DNA of 64,000 bases from Eledone cirrhosa (lineage: Eukaryota). A program made the translations under genes and the position numbers. The DNA lies in the NCBI GenBank assembly GCA_964016885.1, contig OZ024742.1, positions 292,330,001 through 292,394,000 of the forward strand, written 5' to 3'. Shown here one piece after another: positions 38,958-51,392 of this stretch; position 1 is the first letter of the stretch, and each line of letters starts with the position of its first letter. Under the pieces are notes generated by a model. The model did not search any database. It saw nothing but the letters and a program-made list of their open reading frames with translations, and was not told the origin of the DNA.

Positions 38958-39857
38958 TATATTTCTACCTTTTTACTTTATTAATGTGTTTTTATCTTCG
39001 TATTCTGCTTTTATTTATCTATGTATTTTTTTGTTTTTTGTTACTGTTCCTTTTATTTAGGTTTTTACTCGCTTTACTCTCATTAAGTACTTATCATTGT
39101 ACTCATTAGCAGACGACACTAGAATATATCCACCTGAGAACCACAATACTTATAACCCGGACTATCTGGGGACTAGATATAGTCTATTTGCGCTTTTCAT
39201 CGGGTTTTATACTTGATTACACGCGATGATCCGACTGGTGTGGTCGGTTTCCTGGCTGCGGGCCCGGCGCCCTGGTGCATAAGCCTCCCTTGAGTGCTTG
39301 GAAAAATAAATTTCGCCTTCTTTCGGTAAATGAAATTACTCGGAGCGGATTGATTCGCCCCGGGGCCCACCACGCCGCCGTTTTTGACCGCCATATAGTA
39401 CTTTTAAATTCTAGGCCTAATCATAACTATTAGCTGTATCATGCCTCCCTCTACTGGCACTTAAACAAATCCCCCTCCTGTGTAAATTAATAGTACTCGT
39501 TTGGTATAACGATGGCCTAACAACGATGGCTGACTTCCCACTAGCACACCCGAAGCCTAGAACAGTTACATTCCTCGAGTGCTCAGAAAAATTGATTTCC
39601 ATATCTTTCGCTAGACGATTTCACTCGGAACGGCTGACACGCGGTTAGGATGGGCAGGCCGGAGTCTGCAGTCGTTGCGTTTTGTTTGACTGCTAAACAC
39701 TTTAGCCTGTCGCCCTCAATTAACTCCGTACTCGAACCACCAACTACACAAACGAAGACGGTTGAGCTGCTTTACGTTGAGTACTCTCCATATTATTACA
39801 TCAAGATTGAACATACGGAATGACCAACTCTATCCAGTGGTGAAGCTTCAAACCTAA

Positions 39858-39858
<1 letters not shown>
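38457..39858 (+). mobile_element. Probable Neptune-type Penelope 3' end (family X) with terminal redundancy
   Basis: ATGACCAACTCTATCCAGTGGTGAA.CTTCAAACCTAAAT at both ends; IFRL and TLNP..N remnants at 38640-38770. The same terminus is fused inverted to a GIY-YIG at 40153. Confidence 0.6.
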
Positions 39859-39884
<26 letters not shown>

Positions 39885-39888
<4 letters not shown>

Positions 39889-40133
39889 ATTAAATAAATG
39901 GAAACTATATTTATAAAACCATATTTATTTCATTATATATATTTCAGGGATAACATATTAACAATATGCTATGCCTTCCTCAGACAAAATACAATATAAA
40001 CAGTCTTATAGATAAATAGATTCGACATACCGTAACAACATCTACTTGCATTTGAGAAGGTTGATTTGAGTGCTTTTATATCAGTTATAAATATTTACTA
40101 GTTGTAACACAACAATTTAAATATAACTTTCCA
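39885..40133 (-). mobile_element. Short hammerhead element, family A (~250 bp), within (TA)n
   Basis: Hammerhead ~39926-39992: TATTTTGT-CTGAGGA-AGGCATAGCATATT(GTT)AATATGTTATCCCT-GAA-ATATATAT-A-ATGAAATA. Confidence 0.82.
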
Positions 40134-40152
40134 TATATATATATATATATAT

Positions 40153-40400
40153 TTAGGTTTGAAGGTTCACCACTGGATAGAGTTGGTCATTCCGTATGTT
40201 CAATCTTGATGTAATAATATGGAGAGAACTCAACGTAAAGCAGCTCAACCGTCTCTCTGTCCGGCATGCCTTCCGCTGCACCTCCTCCAACCTAGTCTAC
40301 GGACTTCGCTGCATGGAGTGCAGCGCGACTTACGTCGGACAGACTGGACGTCGCCTGGCGGACAGATTTACTGAGCACCTCCGGGATGACTCTCCCAAAG
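40153..40400 (+). mobile_element. Inverted family X terminus fused to a Neptune-type GIY-YIG fragment
   Basis: FRCTSSNLVYGLRCMECSATYVGQTGRRLADRFTEHLRD from ~40255. 40153-40254 is the reverse complement of 39757-39858. Confidence 0.85.
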
Positions 40401-40403
40401 TAT

Positions 40404-40488
<85 letters not shown>

Positions 40489-40492
<4 letters not shown>

Positions 40493-41248
40493 TTACTCTG
40501 GGGTCTTACCTCATCTGAGTGCTAAAGCTTCAAACCGAATAAGCATACACGCTAGCTTGGCCGTATACTAGAGCTTCGTCTATGCTGTACTAAAATTTAT
40601 ATTTACTCCTAGAATTAACGATTAACTGATTAATTTTATTAGATGATTCTATTGATTAATTAATTGTTTAAGTTTGTTTGATAACTTCGAGTGCTTTATT
40701 CGGTTTGAATAAGGGGATTCATTCCTTTATCTCAAATTAGAATACACCGCCTAAAAGGCGGGGGTTACCTCCCTTGGAGAAAACCATGTGTCTGTGCCGA
40801 CCTTTAAAGTCACAACATACCCGCTTTGGCTAAGAACGAAAGACTTGCTGAAGAAGTAAATCCTATGTTCTGTCGTCAAAAACCATTATATTGCAAACTC
40901 CTGCAATAAGAATTTGTCGATCATGGATTTGCAGAAACTTAGCGCTGTCGTTGCATGCGATATTGCGATCTATATTGTGGAAACACCATGTGGATTGTAT
41001 ATTTTACACTCAGCCTCAGCGTTATGTCCAGGTCAGTAAAAAATCTTTTCCTGGGTCCTGTATTTTCGTTGCTCTGGTGGTGTGGTCGGACTGCCGACTG
41101 CTATATCTGGTTTGCTAAGCTGTCTGAACATAATGTTATTACTCTGGGGTCTTACCTCATCTGAGTGCTCAAGCTACAAACCGAATAAGCATACACGCTA
41201 GCTTGGCCGTATACTAGAGCTTCGTCTATGCTGTACTAAAATTTATAT
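40489..41248 (+). mobile_element. Non-coding ~650 bp unit (family C) with ~115 bp terminal direct repeat
   Basis: 40489-40602 repeats 41137-41248. Full-length homolog at 61451-62113. Hammerhead-like CTGAAGA-A-GTAAATCC...GGATTTGC-A-GAAAC at ~40845-40945. Confidence 0.8.
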
Positions 41249-41287
41249 ATATATATACAGTATATATATATATACACACACACACAT

Positions 41288-41326
<39 letters not shown>

Positions 41327-41624
41327 TGTGTGTAAAATCTTGACGACAGTGCCAAGCGTTTTTGGCTTGTGTAACACACAAGCCAAAACCACTTGGCACT
41401 GTGGTTAGGATTTTACATACCTCTAAACCTATTCTGCATTTCCCCATGTATTGAGTACTCCCATGATTAGTTATCTCCTAATCTCAGCACCACAGACTAT
41501 ATATATATATATCATCACCATTTTACGTCCATTTTCCACACTAGCATGGGTTAGATGATATATATATATATATATATATATATGCATACATCTATATCTA
41601 AGTCTATAATCTAAAATCTGTCTT

Positions 41625-41886
41625 AAGCCAGAAGTCTCATTTGGCCGGTGCTTATTCCAGTTTTGTGGCGTGAAGTGACTGAGAGTACAAGACTCCCTAC
41701 TGGACAGGATGTCAGTCCAGTGCAGGGTTAAACCCCCAGCTGTTGTTGGTACACATTTTCAGCTGAGTATACTGGAGCAACATGAAATGAAGTGTTTTGC
41801 TCAAGAATACAACATGCAAGTCAGGAAATGAAGCCAGGATATTATGACTGTATGTCCAACACGCTTACCACTAGGCCACGTGCCTC
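41625..41886 (-). mobile_element. SINE family 2 variant
   Basis: GGCACGTGGCCTAGTGGTAAGCG head and TTGAGCAAAACACTTCATTTCATGTTGCTCCAG body. Confidence 0.8.
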
Positions 41887-43604
41887 TACATATATATATA
41901 TATACAGAATTAAATGATGCAAGGAGGGAAATCAACAAAGAACTTACTACAAGTCATTGTTTAGAAGCAGTGAAATATTAAATAGTTTGGCAGCAAACAG
42001 ATGGTATTGTCCAGAAGAACAATAAGATGAAAACCTTCTTGAATGATTTTATACTAAACAGTTATAAATCTGTCATAATCTTTAATATCAACATCAAATA
42101 ATATTAAAGTTGGAATTCATAGCATTAATTCTTGTGATAATATAACAAATTTACCTCCACACAATGTTTTGTTAATTGTTCTGCTTCACATCATTGGAAG
42201 CCTGTGTACATAAGTGTCAGCCTCATCATCATCCTCATCCCCACCACCACCACCACCATCACCATCATCACCACCATACCTTAATATATATATGAACAGC
42301 CAGTTATGGCCGGTTTGAACAAAAAGAGGTGAGAGAATTCTTGCTGGATACAGCCAGTTTAAATGCTAAAGGTTTAAACTAGCTTTATCCAGTCAGAATT
42401 CTTTCCCTTTTTTGAAACCAGCCATAACCAGCAGCTCATACTGATGTTAAGATATTGTTCTTAAAATAAACAATAACATCATCAAACTCTCATAGACTCA
42501 AGATTATGCGAAATAAAGCCTTTACCATGAAAATACAATAGTAAATATAGAGTAATGTAAATGCTAAAGGGTTAAACATGGCACCAATACCAATGTGTTT
42601 GTCATGTCATTGATTTAACTGTCATCTCAACCTTTTTTGGTATAGTTTCTACAGCTTCCTATCACCAACCATTTTACATATGTATTGGGTGCATTTTATC
42701 CTGGTGCCAACACTAACTGGAGATGCGTGGCCTAGAAGTGAGAGTGTTAGACTTACAATCCTAATGTCATGGGTTTTTCACAGAGATGCCCTTCCTGGTG
42801 CCATCTGTTATGACACACTATTCTGGACTGAATACACCTAGTATAAAATGTGTTTATGGGTTTTGCAGTTTTGAAAAATCATATTAACATTACATAACAA
42901 CATAAGTTTGTGAATAGTCATTCTTGTTGTTGTTGCTGTTGTTGTTGTTGTTGTTGGTTCTTCTTCTTCTTCTTCTTCAGATTAGAGCTATGGGAATAAA
43001 AGAAAGTTCTTTGTTTCCTTAAAGTTAACCCTTATCCTACATGGAAGCCTAGCTCTCTTTTTATAAATTAGGAAATAAAGACAGAATAAGCAGCTCAAAT
43101 GTTTTAAGTGCTATTTCTTCTCCTAATCCTGTTATTTACTTAAAACAATAAAACCTTTATTCAATTAACAATGACATCCATTAAAATAGGGAAGAAATAT
43201 AAAGGTTTTTATTATAAATATTGAAGTAGCTTTCCATTTTAAAATGTTTCATTGTTTTCTTATGAAAAGATTAACTTGTATTGAAGGTGCCAAAGGAGAA
43301 ATGGTTTCTAAAGTTTCCATCTTTGGAAATATCTAAAAATGTTTTTCACATGGTCAAATAGTCTTTGTTATTGAACAAAGACGTTCACAACAATGCAGGT
43401 ATTTGGTAATTTACCGACTTACTTCTCTGCTTCTGAAAGAGCTAATTATATTATTAATTCATCAGAGCTAATTATAAAGGTTTAAAGAAAAAAATTTTTT
43501 TTTTTTTCATTTCATTTAAATCTCAAATAGAAACAGGCTAAATGTTGCTCCCAACAATTACTTTGTACATATCTTTCAAAAAGATTTCTTTCTAGGACAC
43601 AATA

Positions 43605-44610
43605 CCATCATCATCATCATCATCATCGTTTTTATGCCCGTTTTTCCACACTTTCATGAGTTGGACGGGTCCTTTTCAGCACAGCATCTCTCCACTCTCT
43701 GCATTCTTTCATCATCTCCTCTGTGAGTCCCAGTAATTTGAAGTCAGCTCTCACCACCTCTGCCCAGGTCTTTTTCGGTCTACCTCTACTGCAGCTTCTT
43801 TCCACTGGCATTTCCTGGTACTTCTTTGCTCATTCATGTGCATCACATGTCCATACCAATGTAGTCTTCTGTCTTGCACTCCACCTCAGATTCTTCTTAA
43901 ACCCAGCTCCACCCTCAGTTCTTCCAACCTGTGCCTTTCTCTCACATTGATGTTGCACATCTAACGAAGCATGGCTGCTTCATTTCTCTTCAGTCTATGC
44001 ATATTCCTAAAAACCAAGAGTATTTTTCTTTTAATCTTTTACTGATTTCAGTCATTAGACTGTGGCCATGCTGGAATACTGCTTTGATTTAGTCAATCAT
44101 ATTCCACTACATCTCTTCTACACCTATAGATTACACTATCTGCACATTGTGGACCACTCTCTTTTGATACACCAAACCAAGCCACTTCCCTATTGGTATG
44201 AGGTTTCAGTCTTCTATCCTACTTATCAGGACTTTAGTCTTTGCTAAGTTTGCTTCTAAACCATTTGATTCTAGGTTTTTCTCCCATGTCTGGAATTTTG
44301 CCTCTAGCACTTTCATTAATTTGTCTATAAGGGCTACATCATCAACATGCAGGTGTTCTCATGGTGTGCCAATCTTAAACTCCTCTGTTGTGGCCTGAAG
44401 AACAATAATAAACAAGAGTGGACTGAGGACTGTGCCTTGATGGACCCTCACCTGCACTTCAAATTTATCATTGTGCTCACTGCCAACTTCATTTTTCTGG
44501 TTCCACCTCTATACCTGACTTATACATCCCTCACATGCCATTTGTCTACACTTGGCTTCCTAAACACCTACCAGATCCACAAATGTCAGATACAGAAGCT
44601 GATTTTTGAT
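43605..44610 (-). mobile_element. Decayed RTE LINE (RT to 3' tail)
   Basis: VGVHQGTVLSPLLFIIVLQA, LHVDDVAL, NEAAMLR, GRPKKTWAEVV and a (GAT)n tail. Collinear with 49228-50322. Confidence 0.85.
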
Positions 44611-44864
44611 AAATTACTTCTACAGTGTCTGATATGGTCATTAAAGTTCCTTGGAGGAAGAATAACTTAATGTCTCCAGAACATAAAAAATGGTGACACT
44701 ATCTATTTCCTTCTTTTAATTATTTTGTTCCTCTCTTTAATTAATATGTCAAATATCTCTCCAGACCATAATTCATTGATTAACTAGAATTGATAGCTTT
44801 TAGCTCATTGTCAAGTAATTTATTCTAAATTTTTACTGGCCATCCTTTCTTGCCAATTCCTGCC

Positions 44865-45262
44865 CACCACCATCACATCACCTCTGCAACACCACATCAC
44901 CACCACACCATCACTTCACCACTACAACACCACACCACCACTGCAGCACCACATCACCACTGCAACACCACAACACCACATCACCACCACAACACCACTG
45001 CAACACCACAACACTACTGCAACACCACAACACCACAACACCATCACAACACCACAACACTACTGCAACACCACAACACACCCCACAACACCACAACACT
45101 ACTGCAACACCACAACACCACCACACCATCACAACACCACAACACCACAACACTACTGCAACATCACAACACCACTAAACCACCACTACACTACTGCAAC
45201 ACCACAACACTACTGCAGCACCACCACACCACAAAACCACCACTGCAACACCACAACACTGC
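44865..45262. repeat. CAACACCA/CACTGCAA compound minisatellite
   Basis: Direct reading of the sequence. Confidence 0.95.
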
Positions 45263-45325
45263 TACTGGTTCCCTTCACACACCCATATCCAAAACATCAC
45301 CAGTCTATCACTCCACCATTATTCT

Positions 45326-45712
45326 AGTGGATTGGTAGTATCGGTAGAGGGTCGGACGCCATGCTTTGACATATAGAGTTACGGCCCTTGCCATTCTCAG
45401 TTCAAATCCCGCCGAGGTTAACTTTGCCTTTCATCCTTACGGGGTCGATAAAATAAAGTACCAGTAATGCACTGGGTAATTGCTGGCCTTGTGCCAAAAG
45501 TAGAAACAATTATTCTAAATAAGATGGATTGGCAGTATCGGTAGAGTGTCAGACAACATGCTATGCAGCATAGAGTTATAGCCCTTTACTTTATTAGTTC
45601 AAATCCCGCCGAGGTTAACTTTGCCTTTCATCCTTACGGGGTCGATAAAATAAAGTACCAGTAATGCACTGGGTAATTGATGGCCTTGTGCCAAAAATAG
45701 AAACAATTATTC
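45326..45712 (+). mobile_element. Tandem pair of SINE family 1
   Basis: Copies at ~45326-45513 and ~45523-45712. Confidence 0.9.
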
Positions 45713-46724
45713 TATATACACAACACTACAATTCATCCCCTTCACACTCCATCCTTCCACCACCACACCATATACATTCCACAACATCACACATGTAGCC
45801 ACTTCTATTCTACATGTGCATGGAGGTGGATAGAGCCAGGAAGTGATGAAGGAAAAATAAATGAGGAGTGAAAGGGCTGTGGTATGGTCAGTTTCACAAT
45901 CCGGGGATATATATATATATCATCGTTGTCTTTACAGCTGCCTTTCCATGCCTGCATGGGTTGGACGGGTCCTTCTCAGCACAGCATCTCTCCACTTGTC
46001 ACATTCCTTCGTCATCTCCTCTGCCAGTCTTAGTGATTTATATATATATATACAGACAGTATATATAGCAATATATATATATACACACATATATGTGTGT
46101 GTGTATGTGCATGTGTGTATGTATATATAAGCATGGAAAAATGGGGGTAAAAATTATGATGATGATGATATTGTTTTTTTATTTCTATATTCTTATACTA
46201 TATAATTTTATATGTATTTTTAATACTTTTTTATTTTTTACTTTTTTATATATTTCTTTATATTTTTATTTGTGTTTTTTTTTTCATTTTACTTCTTTTT
46301 GCTATTTTTATATTTGATATTATCTTTGTTTGTACACCCCCAGGTCTGGAGGTACCCCCTAATTTTCCTGGCATAATTTTACTGTATTGTATTTTGCTAT
46401 TTATTACCTATTTTCACTTTTTAATTTTTTATGGTCAAAGATAATCTATCAGACAAGATGTCTGCTGACCAGACATATTATCAAACGCCCTCCCCTACAT
46501 TGACCCTCCCCCTTACTGAGGAACTTAGCCCATAAAAAATCAAAATAGATATCACACAAGATAAAGACAATAAACAACATCAATTCCCCCACTAATTTCC
46601 TTATAAACACACCCATATCTTTGTCACCCACCTCTCTCTCTATATATTTTTTTCCTTTTTTCTTTTCCTTTTCCTCCTTTTAACAATATTCTATTTCTCC
46701 CCCCTCAACATTATATATATAGAC

Positions 46725-46990
46725 AGAGTGAGAACTGGATGGGAAAAGTTCAGGGAACTATCACCATTGTTAGCTACAAAAGGTTTATCCTTTAAAATGA
46801 AAAGTAGATTGCATAACTCTTGTGTATGAACAGCAATGCTGTATGGAAATGAGACCTAGGTAATATGTGCAGAGAACCTATGAAGATTGGAAAGAAATGA
46901 AGCTTGCATGCTCTGATGGATGTGCAATAATAGTGTGCATGAACGGCAAAGCGCCAATAAACTGAGAGAGAAAAATGCTACAAGTGTAGC
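46725..46990 (+). mobile_element. RTE LINE fragment
   Basis: RVRTGW.KFREL.PLLATKGLS..MK.RL...CV..AMLYGNET...RLERNEA.ML in broken frames. Confidence 0.8.
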
Positions 46991-48019
46991 CATGAGCAAT
47001 AATATAGAACCATAGGAACAGTTTATTTACAACAGAACCTTCTGGTGCACCCTCATTTATATCAGGGTAAAATCCTTGTAAGAAGTACACATCCAGACAG
47101 CAGACCAAACACGATCTCCACAAAGCCCACTCAGCTGGCAATTCAAATGAATCTTCAAACCACATATACTTTACATGTGACTATTATTTTGAGTTTAGAA
47201 TGAGTAAATCATATCCCTGCATACTGTAAGGGTCAACTAAAAGGATAGCACCAATAAAAGCATCAGGTCATAAAATATTACCTTAAAAAGGGCCCCATGA
47301 TGAATATGATTGGGCCTATCATGGGATCCATAAGGTTAACCTCAATAGGATTGAACCCAAAATTACATGGTTGTAAAGTGAATTCCTTAACCGCATAGCC
47401 TTGCTTGTGCCTATACACAACCATGCTTTTGACTATACACTGCTTCACCTGTGCCTATATGCAGCCATGTATATTTATAGTCCTTTCCTCTACTTTCCAA
47501 ATCAGCCAGAACTGTCCATCTTTATCCTTTCCCCCTTATTTTTTTCATTACTTAATTTTGTTTTTATCTTTTTTTTAAATATTTCATTGTATAACTTCTG
47601 TTTGTAAAATATAGTTGACATAATAAAACTATAGCTAAACAAAAAAATTGTATTATTTATATAAAAAAGGAACTTGATAAAAAATTAAAAAACAAATAGT
47701 ACACATATCTCTGAAATACTCAACTACTTTAGATGTCACTCTTTGGTCATAATTGACCATGGGTTTGCACCTGGAAAGTCCCTTTAAAAGGCACAAACCT
47801 TGACAAGTTGTTTTGTGGAAGACCAGCAGTCACATATGCATGACAGTCATCTCTTCCATAACAACAATGTTTTCTAAGGAAGAGACAAAAGCTAATACTG
47901 CTTGGGACCAATATTATTGCAACTAATTTTTTTCCAGCTGAGTTAACTGGAGCAATATGGGAATCAAACTGTCTGCTCTGGGAATCAAACTTACAGCTAC
48001 ACATTCTCCAGTGGCAACC

Positions 48020-48300
48020 TTGTGCTGTCTGCAACTAACCCAGGCTCTGCTAAACTTTGGCCCAAGGAGGGTAAACTCTCCAAATATCGGTCGCTCTCTG
48101 ACAGGTTTGCAGTTGAGCCCATAGCAGTGGAAACTTCTGGTATCTTTGGCCCTAGGACCATCTCCCTACTCACCACAATTGGTGCAGAGTTAGCTATCAG
48201 CAGGTGTTAGCCTTGCAAGCTGGAATGGCTCTTCCAGCATGTCTCCCTCACCATCCTCCATGGAAACACCTTCTCTTCTGTCTGCTGGGGCCATTGGGCA
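48020..48300 (+). mobile_element. CRE-like REL endonuclease C-terminal remnant
   Basis: KEGKLSKYRSLSDRFAVEPIAVETSGIFG, then WLFQHVSLTILHGN in a shifted frame. Confidence 0.7.
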
Positions 48301-49060
48301 GCCAAAGCATGGGATCCTATTTGCTCATAATAGTGAGAGACGGGGAGGATGGGAGAGACGGAGGCAATGACAGTGGAAGTTTGGGTCCTCTGTGTTCGGA
48401 CCTAGTGTACATGAGAGAGGGTGGGAGAGGCAAAGGCAAAGACAGTGAGAATTTGGCTCCTCTGTGTACATGTGTGTGTGACTGATTTAATAATAATTTT
48501 TTTTTTCTTTTTATATGACTTACAAACTTATCTTGGGCTTTGTAGTTTCTGTTTTAATTCACTCACACGTCGTGAGCCTGCCTGTAGCTATATGGCTATA
48601 TAGTAAAAGGCAGTTACAACCTTATAGTCATGAGCTCAAACATCAATTCCACAAGATGGACACCCAGATGATTAAACAACTGGATGTCACTCCTCAAAAC
48701 TGATGGAGAATCTATCATCGTATTTCAAGAAATATGGTAATAACATCATGAAAGACATATTTTCAAACAGAGACAAACATCAAATAGATGGATGGAATAT
48801 GAAAGGAGGCCATTACAATGTTAAGATTGACAGTTTTGTTTGGATGTCAATATTCAAAATCTTAATTACAAGATAAAATGTTCTACATCTTAACTTCAAT
48901 ACAACAAAGACATTTTAACTGCAATCATCTTTCAAGCCATTAAGCTACTTACAAATCCAATCTTGCTATCTGTCAGTCTGTCTGTCTGTAGGTCTGTCTA
49001 TCTATCTAATCTATCTATATATCTGCTTATCTTTGTAATCCCCCTCTCTTTCTCCCCCTT

Positions 49061-49096
<36 letters not shown>

Positions 49097-49132
49097 CATA
49101 TATGTATATATTTATATGTATATATATATATT

Positions 49133-49166
<34 letters not shown>

Positions 49167-49227
49167 AGAATGAAAGTAAGTAAAATCGAAGTTGCAGCAT
49201 TTGGCTAGCATACCTCGAAATAGCAAT

Positions 49228-50321
49228 CATCATCATCATCATTTTACATCTGCTTTTCCCTGCTTGCAACGGTAGGACGGTTCCTATTCAGCACAGCATC
49301 TCTCCACTTGTCACAGGCCTTCATCATCTACGTGAGTTTCAGCGATCTGAGGTCTGCTCTCACCATTTCCGTCCATGTTTTTCATGGTCTACCTCTACTC
49401 TACTGGGACTGCCTGGCACTTCTTCACCCAGCGGTCATCATCCATGCATATCACATGTCCATACGATCTCAGCCTTCTCTCATGCACACGACAACTTATC
49501 CCTCTTATATCCAGTTTCTTTCTCAATTCGTCTATGCTTGGTCGTTCACGCACATTGACATTGCACATCCAACGGAGCATACTTGCTTCATTTCTCTCCA
49601 ACCGTCGCATATCTTCAGCAATTGCTGCCCATGTCTCACTACCATGCAGCATCGCGCATCTCACACAGGCATCATATAACCGTCCTTTTGTATGCAGGAA
49701 AAAACCCTTCTTTGTCAACAGAGGAAGCAGCTCCCTAAACTTCTTCCAACCCGTCCTTATTTTAGATACTATGTCCTCAGAACACCCCCCTCTCATGCTA
49801 ATCTGATCACCTAGGTACTGGAAGCTATCCACCACTTCTATAGAACCCACCAGCATTGGAAAAATGAGTCTATCACAGCGATTACTACTGCCAACTTTCC
49901 CTGTACATCTACTGCATACGTAGTTTTCCCTACCTGTTAGTTTGTCTGCTATCCCACTACATCTCTTGTGTACCCAAGATCTGCATTGCGTACATTTTAT
50001 GGAATGTATGCCAGTTCCTTTCCTACATATCGAACATGGAATCGGAGTATTGTCCTCTCTTCTACTTATCAACACTTTTGCCTTAGCTAGATTCACTCTC
50101 AGTCCTCTTGATTCCAACTGCTGTTTCCATAGCCAGAATTTATTCTCTAGCTCCTCTACAGATTCTGCTATAAGAACCAGATCATCAGCATAGAGAAGTT
50201 CCCATGGGAATCCAGTCTTAAACTCCTCTGTTATGGCTTGGAGGACTATAATGAACAAGAGTGGACTGAGGACCGAACCTTGATGTACACCTACTTGTAT
50301 CTGGAATTCCTCACTAAACTC

Positions 50322-50322
<1 letters not shown>
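49228..50322 (-). mobile_element. RTE-clade LINE, 5'-truncated, RT with PHD-like insert
   Basis: VGVHQGSVLSPLLF, WELLYADDLVL, CSIC..C..C..WVHKRC..C..C, FQYLG, MLHGSETW, RRLRSYGHV and a (GAT)n tail. The first ~105 aa of the track ORF are microsatellite read-through. Confidence 0.92.
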
Positions 50323-50373
<51 letters not shown>

Positions 50374-50777
50374 AATATAAATTTAGCGAGAATCCCATTT
50401 CGGCGGGTAGAAATTAGCGAAACGCAACTTCCATATTGTGCAGACAAGCGCTCCATGGATATGAAGAAGATACCAGAGCTATAAACATAAGTTAAAATGG
50501 TCATACACGCTGAGACGATGGTTAAGAAGCCATTAACCACGATAGCCAAAAAAGCGAACAAGCTAAACGGGTCAAAGAAAATTATATATATCATCATCAT
50601 CATCATCATCACCGTTTTACGTCCGTTCTTCCACGCTAGCATGGGTTAGACGGGTTGTCCTGTTGTGTGCAGTGTCTGGTCGGCTGACCATGACTTGCTC
50701 ATACAGGAACTGATCTGGCTTGATTTCTACAGTTGGATGCCCTTCCTAACACCAACCTAATTTACAGTGAGTGCTGG

Positions 50778-50812
<35 letters not shown>

Positions 50813-50934
50813 GGAAGAGAGAGAGAGAGTCTGAAAGGACTCAATGCACGGGGAGACACAGAGTGGGTATATACACACACACACAGACATACACACACAT
50901 GATAAATATCATCATCATCATCAACATTTAATGT

Positions 50935-51085
50935 CTAGTAAGCGCTCTATGTAAAAATAAAAACAGCTAATTTATTGCGATTTTTACTCTCAAAATATTA
51001 TAACGCTACCTTTGGTCACTTGACTGGAGTTGTATTGTGTTATCTCAATCACAGACAAGGCAGCCATTTCATCAGGTGTATATAT
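50935..51085 (-). mobile_element. Decayed Naiad pseudo-LTR with broken hammerhead
   Basis: CAC-CTGATGA-AA-TGGCTG..CAGTCA-AGTG-ACCAAAGGT-A-GCG, then TTTTATTTTTACATAGAGCGCT. Same layout as 4011-4155 but GAAA is damaged. Confidence 0.6.
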
Positions 51086-51144
51086 AAACACCAACATAAG
51101 TGTAAACACACACACACACACACATATGTGTGTGTGTGTGTGCT

Positions 51145-51392
51145 TCATCATCATCATCATTACTGTTTTACGTCCGTTCTTCCACGCTAGCATGGGTAGG
51201 ACGGGTTGTCCTGTTGTGGGCAGTGTCCGGTCAGCTGACCCTGTCTTGCGCATACGGGAACTGATTCTGGCTTGATTTCTACAGCTGGATGCCCTTCCTA
51301 ACACCAACCTCATTTACAGTGAGTGCTGGGTGCTTTTTTTGCCGTGGCACCTACACGTCCACTTTACAGTGGGAGGGGGTCGGGTCTTCTGT
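51145..51392 (-). mobile_element. RTE-tail-related short repeat
   Basis: GGATGCCCTTCCTAACACCAACC block with (CAT)n end. Further copies at 31920-32135, 50592-50782 and 56230-56605. Confidence 0.8.

Noticed and set aside
43435-43470. CTGATGA on the minus strand (also at ~25666 minus and ~57853 plus)
   Set aside because: No correctly placed stem II-GAAA-NUH; chance heptamers.
47025-47090. FLQGFYPDINEGAPEGSVV resembling a cadherin repeat start
   Set aside because: Spacing is off, there are no DxD/LDRE/DxNDN motifs, and the frame runs into an antisense RTE fragment.
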